Positions 59,443 to 64,000 of a DNA stretch of 64,000 nt are shown piece by piece. Position 1 is the first letter of the stretch, and each line of letters begins with the position of its first letter. The notes under the pieces were generated by a model. That model saw only the letters and a program-made list of their open reading frames with translations. It did not search any database and was not told where the DNA came from. The DNA lies in NCBI GenBank assembly GCA_037927135.1, contig JAXSPP010000008.1, positions 19,281-83,280 on the forward strand. Direction: 5' to 3'. The stretch comes from Candidatus Pampinifervens sinense. Its GTDB lineage: Bacteria > Aquificota > Aquificia > Aquificales > Aquificaceae. The translations under genes and the position numbers were made by a program.

Positions 59443-60435
59443 CTAAACCATCCTCTCATACCATCTGTAAAATTCTTCTGAGAAGTAGCTTATCCTCTTC
59501 TTTTTGAACTCTCTTGTGGAGAAAAGAAGTGCATAGTCCTTTAGGCCAAACCCTTGGCTTATGCTTTTTACAAACCTTTTTACCTCTTCCTCCTCTTTTC
59601 CATGTATCATTGCAAAGAGGTTATAATCCCAGCCAAACCTCTCATAGCAATGGGACACACTCTTAAAGCCTGCCAAATATCTGCCTACCTCTTCTATCAT
59701 ATCTTCTTTGACCTTCCAAACTGTCATGGCGTTGGCACTAAATCCTACCCTTCTGTGATAAAGGATGGCGCTTATTCTCCTTAGAATACCCCTTTCTTTG
59801 AACTCCAATAGCTTTTCAATAAGCTCATCCTCTTTCATATTTAGCCTTTTGGCATAATAATCAAAAGGCCTGCTTACCAAGGGCATATCCTCCTGCGTAA
59901 TTCTTACTATGAGTTTTTCTTCCTCAGTTAAAGGTCTATAGTCATAATTTTTTAGGCTTACCTCCTCCCTTTCCATGAGGGATTCATAGCTCAGCCTCAC
60001 CCCTATCTTAAAGACCCTTTTGGCCCTGAGTATCTTATAATCCAAAGCATCTACCTTCTCAGCCATATACCTTACCGTGTCTTCTAGGCTCACACCCACA
60101 TCAGGGGGTACCGCTATGGTAAACCACAGGTTGAACTCATGTGTTCTTTCATAGTTATGGCTCACTCCAGGATGGGTGTTTATAAAGGATGCGGCCTCTT
60201 CTATGCGTTCAGGCTTTACCTTAAAGGCAACCAAAGAAGAATCATAGCCCAGCATCCTTGTATCGTATATAGGTGCTATCTGCCTTACAACCTTATCTTC
60301 TTTAAGCCTTTCTATGGCTTTTATAACCTCATCCTCTCCTATGCCAAGCCTTTCGCCTATCTCCAAAAAGGGCCTTTTTACAATAGGGATCTCCTCTTGA
60401 AGGGTTTTTAGAAGACCCTCAAGGCTCTCTATCAT
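59443..60435 (-). CDS. nirDL: Fused siroheme decarboxylase NirDL (AhbA/AhbB-like)
   Basis: Two Lrp/AsnC-like repeats: GVSHNYER...FNLWF and HRRVGFSANAM...VSHCYER. Confidence 0.88.
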   Translation of the reverse strand: MIESLEGLLKTLQEEIPIVKRPFLEIGERLGIGEDEVIKAIERLKEDKVVRQIAPIYDTRMLGYDSSLVAFKVKPERIEEAASFINTHPGVSHNYERTHEFNLWFTIAVPPDVGVSLEDTVRYMAEKVDALDYKILRAKRVFKIGVRLSYESLMEREEVSLKNYDYRPLTEEEKLIVRITQEDMPLVSRPFDYYAKRLNMKEDELIEKLLEFKERGILRRISAILYHRRVGFSANAMTVWKVKEDMIEEVGRYLAGFKSVSHCYERFGWDYNLFAMIHGKEEEEVKRFVKSISQGFGLKDYALLFSTREFKKKRISYFSEEFYRWYERMV

Positions 60436-60469
60436 ATTTTAACTATAATATCATCAAATCACTTTATAC

Positions 60470-60483
60470 CTGATATATATCAT
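60470..60483 (-). promoter_or_regulatory. DNR/FNR-like palindrome upstream of nirDL
   Basis: Minus strand ATGATATATATCAG centred 41.5 bp upstream of ATG 60435; TATAGT -10 lies 6 nt before the ATG. Confidence 0.6.
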
Positions 60484-60534
60484 ATTTTAATGGGACAATC
60501 ATAAGGTATATGGGCCCACAACCCACCAAAATCC

Positions 60535-61122
60535 TTATTCAGAACTTAGGTCCTTTATCAGCTCCTCCTTTACCTCCTCGGGTATTACCGCCATGCCTTT
60601 ATAGTTGGGATGGTTTATCTCTACCCTTATCTGTTCCCTTTTGAAATCTTCCACCTGTTCATCGGTAAGCTTTACCTTCAGGAAATGAACCACAGCAGCC
60701 TTTCCATACTCATAATCTTCCTTGCTTCTTTCATCGGCTATGGCCCTAATGGTATGCTTATTTCCTATGTGGAAGTAAAGATGGTCGTGGATGCCTACAA
60801 GTTGGGGTAGTATCCTCCTCCTATCGTTTGCATCAGGTATCTCTATAAACATGGTAACAGAAAGCTCGTTCTTTTCAGGAATAAGGTCGTTGTATATGTC
60901 TATCTCTCTTTGAATCTCATCTTCTCTTACCATCCTTTCCGCTCTCATCATCTCCTGGATTTGAAACCACACCGTTTCCCTATTTTCAAATACCAAATGT
61001 ATCCAAGGCTCTATAAACACCCTTCTTCTTTTCTTCATCTGTATGATCTCCTGCACCTTTTGAGGGCGTATCTTTTCATACTCATAGATGTTCAGTATCT
61101 CTTCCCTTGTAATCTTCCTCAT
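60535..61122 (-). CDS. DUF3501 family protein
   Basis: FENRETVWFQIQEM.RAER, YNDLIP, VHFL. Confidence 0.78.
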   Translation of the reverse strand: MRKITREEILNIYEYEKIRPQKVQEIIQMKKRRRVFIEPWIHLVFENRETVWFQIQEMMRAERMVREDEIQREIDIYNDLIPEKNELSVTMFIEIPDANDRRRILPQLVGIHDHLYFHIGNKHTIRAIADERSKEDYEYGKAAVVHFLKVKLTDEQVEDFKREQIRVEINHPNYKGMAVIPEEVKEELIKDLSSE

Positions 61123-61146
61123 GGCATCTCCTCCTTTTTATTATCT

Positions 61147-61175
61147 ATTATATGCAAATCTTTTTCATTTGTCAA
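61147..61175 (-). promoter_or_regulatory. Consensus sigma70 promoter for the DUF3501 gene
   Basis: Minus strand TTGACA-N17-TATAAT; the -35 lies inside the last codons of hisC. Confidence 0.75.
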
Positions 61176-62220
61176 ATTTTTTAAGCACCCTTTCCATAGC
61201 CTCCAAAAAGGCGTCGTTCTCTTCCGGCCTTCCTATGCTCACCCTCAGACATTGGGGTACCATATAGGAGAAGTTCCTTATTAACACTCCCTCCTCCAAA
61301 AGCCTTTTGTGAAGCTCGTCGGCAGGCATATGCAAACTTTTAAAGAATAAAAAGTTCGCCTCTGATGGGTAGACTTCAATACCTTCCATCTTTGACAGTT
61401 CTCTGTAAACCCTCTCCCTCTCCCTTATGACTAGATTTACCGCCTCCTCTATTATGTGATAAAACTCTGTCAGTATAAGCCTTGCCACCACCTGTGCTGG
61501 GTAGCTGACATTAAAAGGTAGCCTTATCTTACTTAGCTCCCTTATGACCTCTTCCTTTCCCACCATAACACCTATCCTGAGACCAGCCATACCTATCTTG
61601 GAGAGTGTGCGAAGAACAACCGTATCTTCCCGTCCTATGGCTTCCTTTAGAAAGGTCTTTCCAGAGTAAGAATAGTAGGCCTCGTCTACAACTAAAAAGA
61701 GTCCTTCTTCCCTTATCCTTTTTATCTTTCCCTCATCAAAGCAGTTTCCAGTAGGGTTGTTAGGATAGGCAAAGTAGGCTAATATGGGCCTTCTCTCCCC
61801 TATGGCCTTCAAGCTCTCTTCCAAGTCTATATCAAAGTTTTCATTGAGTCTTACTTCAACCCTTTCCCTTCCCAACATCTGTGCAGATATGCCATACATA
61901 GGAAAGGTGGGAATAGGATAGAAAACCCCCCTATCAAACTCCCCTACAGCTATGGAAAGGTAGTATATGAGCTCGTCAGACCCATTACCAAGTAATAGGT
62001 TTTCCGGTCTTACACCTAGCCTTTGGGCAAGGACTTCCTTTAAAAGATGAGCCTCTGGATCAGGGTAGCGGTTAAAAGGTATATTGGCTACCTCTTCCGC
62101 TATGCGCCTTCTTACCTCCTTTGGAAAATCAATGGAAAGCTCATTGGAAGCAAGCCTTATCTTAGCATAGCTCTTTTCTGTCTTATAAGGTGATAGGCCA
62201 AGCAGTCGGTCGCTTATCAT
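61165..62220 (-). CDS. hisC: Histidinol-phosphate aminotransferase
   Basis: NRYPD, GNGSDELI, PNNPTG, DEAY, RTLSK.G.AGLRIG. Confidence 0.93.
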   Translation of the reverse strand: MISDRLLGLSPYKTEKSYAKIRLASNELSIDFPKEVRRRIAEEVANIPFNRYPDPEAHLLKEVLAQRLGVRPENLLLGNGSDELIYYLSIAVGEFDRGVFYPIPTFPMYGISAQMLGRERVEVRLNENFDIDLEESLKAIGERRPILAYFAYPNNPTGNCFDEGKIKRIREEGLFLVVDEAYYSYSGKTFLKEAIGREDTVVLRTLSKIGMAGLRIGVMVGKEEVIRELSKIRLPFNVSYPAQVVARLILTEFYHIIEEAVNLVIRERERVYRELSKMEGIEVYPSEANFLFFKSLHMPADELHKRLLEEGVLIRNFSYMVPQCLRVSIGRPEENDAFLEAMERVLKKFDK

Positions 62221-62478
62221 TTAACCTTGTTCTTCTTGTCCTTCCTTCTCTTCCTCCTCTACCATTTCTTCTTCCTCTTCACCCCTTCCAAGGTACAGCT
62301 CCAGTTCTGCAACAGTTGACTCCATCAGCTTATCCTCAAGTATACCCTTTATTAACCTGTTTAATTTGCGCTCATCACCCATCGCTATACCGTTGAGCAC
62401 ATAATATAGCCTTTTGGGTAAGGATATTACCACCTTCTTATACCTAGCTCCGCCTTTCTTTTTAGGCTTCCTTGCCAT
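62221..62478 (-). CDS. Small hypothetical protein, possible ribbon-helix-helix with acidic tail
   Basis: AGGAGG SD before ATG 62478; KKVVISLPKRLY strand-helix pattern; Glu-rich C-terminus; abuts hisC. Confidence 0.65.
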   Translation of the reverse strand: MARKPKKKGGARYKKVVISLPKRLYYVLNGIAMGDERKLNRLIKGILEDKLMESTVAELELYLGRGEEEEEMVEEEEKEGQEEQG

Positions 62479-62526
62479 TTTTCTTCCTCCTTTCCACAAA
62501 ATTTTTAGTATTTAAAATTATACCTC

Positions 62527-63321
62527 ATGTGGGCAATTTTGACTATTTTAATCCTCATTTCATATCTAAAAATCCCCTTAGCTTCAATAAACCTTGATCA
62601 ATATCATGTTATATTTGTACCGGAGGAACATACTAGCGCAGAAGATCATAGTTTTCAGCTAAGTGTAATAGAGCATCTTCATAGGAAGGGTTATAGATTA
62701 ATCATAGCTATGGAGATGTTTCAACAACCATTTCAAACATTTTTGGATCAATACATAGACTGTCAAATAGATGAGAGAGAAATGCTGATAAAAACAGAGT
62801 ATGAAAAAAGGTGGGGATTTGATCCTGCCCTTTACAGGGATATATGGAGGTTTGCAAAGGAAAAAGGGATAAAGATAGCGGCCATAAACTTGCCTTCTGA
62901 GCTGATAAGGAAAATAAGGACAGAAGGCCTTGAAAGGGTAAGGGATGATCTTTTGCCCGCACCAATCATTGAACAGACAGATTATGAAAGGAAGAGATTG
63001 AGGGAGGTGTTAAAGAATCATCCAAAGGTGGATGAGAGAAGCTTTTTTGATGTGCAGAACGCTTGGGATAATGGTATGGCGCTTGCTATAGCTAGGCTTT
63101 TGGAAAGGTATCCAAGCCATAAGATAATAGTTCTTGTGGGCAGAGGTCATGCTTACGATTATGACAGTGGCATACCTAGGAGGTTGAAGATAATGAGAAG
63201 CGATGTAAGGATGAAGATATTAAGAAGGGAAGACTATTCTAATGGTCTCCTGTTCTCTATAGATTTTTCCAGGGATAGTTCGTCTGCCAGCTCTATTAAG
63301 GATCCAAACTGCAATCCTTGA
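62527..63321 (+). CDS. ChaN/EreA-like family protein
   Basis: EEH...H..QL, AMEMFQQPFQ, WD..MA, VLVGRGH. Confidence 0.75.
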   Translation: MWAILTILILISYLKIPLASINLDQYHVIFVPEEHTSAEDHSFQLSVIEHLHRKGYRLIIAMEMFQQPFQTFLDQYIDCQIDEREMLIKTEYEKRWGFDPALYRDIWRFAKEKGIKIAAINLPSELIRKIRTEGLERVRDDLLPAPIIEQTDYERKRLREVLKNHPKVDERSFFDVQNAWDNGMALAIARLLERYPSHKIIVLVGRGHAYDYDSGIPRRLKIMRSDVRMKILRREDYSNGLLFSIDFSRDSSSASSIKDPNCNP

Positions 63322-63851
63322 GATATACGGGTTATTTTGACATTGGGAAAGTGCTTTCTTATAAGCTTTGCCAAATAAACGGCCGTTGCTTCACCCTCCA
63401 GATTGGGGTTTGTGGCTATTATCACCTCCTTTGCAGAGTATCTTTCAATCCTTTCCAACAGGCTGTCTATTCTAAGGTCATTAGGTGTTATGCCTTCAAG
63501 AGGTGCTATCCTACCGCCCAGCACATGGTAAACACCTCTGTATCTTTCCAACCTTTCTATGGCAAAGGCATCCTGTGGCTCCTCTACAACACATATGAAC
63601 CTTTTACTCCTTTTAGGATTGGAGCATATGCTACACAGCTCCTCTTCCGTATATATGCCACACTCCACACAGGTCTTTATATTCTCAACCACTTCCTTTA
63701 ACGATCTTACTATCTCAAGCCTTTTCTCCTTTGTTAATTTCAAAAGGTTGTACAAAAACCTTCCAGCTCCCCTTTCTCCATAGGTGGGTATAAGTGTTAA
63801 CTTCTCTAAGGCCTCCCTTATGGATTTTGGTATAGTCTCCTCATATGACAT
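63234..63851 (-). CDS. recR: Recombination mediator RecR
   Basis: C4 zinc finger CVECG...CSIC, CVVE, YHVLGG, EGEATA. Confidence 0.94.
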   Translation of the reverse strand: MSYEETIPKSIREALEKLTLIPTYGERGAGRFLYNLLKLTKEKRLEIVRSLKEVVENIKTCVECGIYTEEELCSICSNPKRSKRFICVVEEPQDAFAIERLERYRGVYHVLGGRIAPLEGITPNDLRIDSLLERIERYSAKEVIIATNPNLEGEATAVYLAKLIRKHFPNVKITRISQGLQFGSLIELADELSLEKSIENRRPLE

Positions 63852-64000
63852 GAGAACATTATAAAATTTTAAAACGCCGAGTGAGAAATTCCCTTTAAGC
63901 TAAACCTTCCATATCAATAAAAAGACAGCAGGGCTACTATAATAGTAGCCCTAAAAACCATCGGAGGTTTTTACCATGGAAATTATACCACCTTACCTAC

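Noticed and set aside
1-64000. CRISPR array, rRNA, IS elements, prophage, selenocysteine read-through
   Set aside because: No regularly spaced repeats, long non-coding tracts, transposase or phage genes seen; the TGA stops examined coincide with normal gene ends or start overlaps

Overview
Gene-dense, moderate-GC chromosomal window from a thermophilic Aquificaceae bacterium (Hydrogenobacter/Thermocrinis-like; inferred from protein style, scattered atpC, tandem ferredoxins behind sucCD and a fused NirDL). Most of it is housekeeping: ilvBN, pepA, pdxA, purSQ, minCDE, ftsW, holA/holB, accC, ubiX, mnmE, rho, hisB/hisC, ugd/uxs, argS, sucCD, recR and two tRNAs. The left end carries a sulfur-oxidation block of two FCSD flavoproteins flanking a Tat Rieske protein, with a sigma54 promoter. 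The most interesting part is a ~16 kb NO/denitrification island (44.6-60.5 kb). nirS and the heme d1 genes (nirN with an extra C-terminal cytochrome c, nirJ, nirF, nirE, nirDL) lie directly behind a non-canonical heme-copper operon rather than norCB. That operon has an unannotated 58-aa membrane peptide, a CuA subunit II, a subunit I with Tyr->Gln and His->Lys changes (eNOR-like), a second degenerate subunit-I paralogue and an SCO protein. A divergent cytochrome b / 2x[4Fe-4S] / MvhD fusion, a DUF2249 protein, a cytochrome c'-like protein and a stand-alone V4R protein complete the island. Two recurring palindromes link its promoters: TGTAARTN4ACTTAYW (3 copies) and a DNR-like ATGAYN4ATCAK (3 copies, two centred exactly 41.5 bp upstream of apparently leaderless start codons). 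No CRISPR array, rRNA, integrase or transposase was seen. All calls are by eye from motifs; no database search was run.
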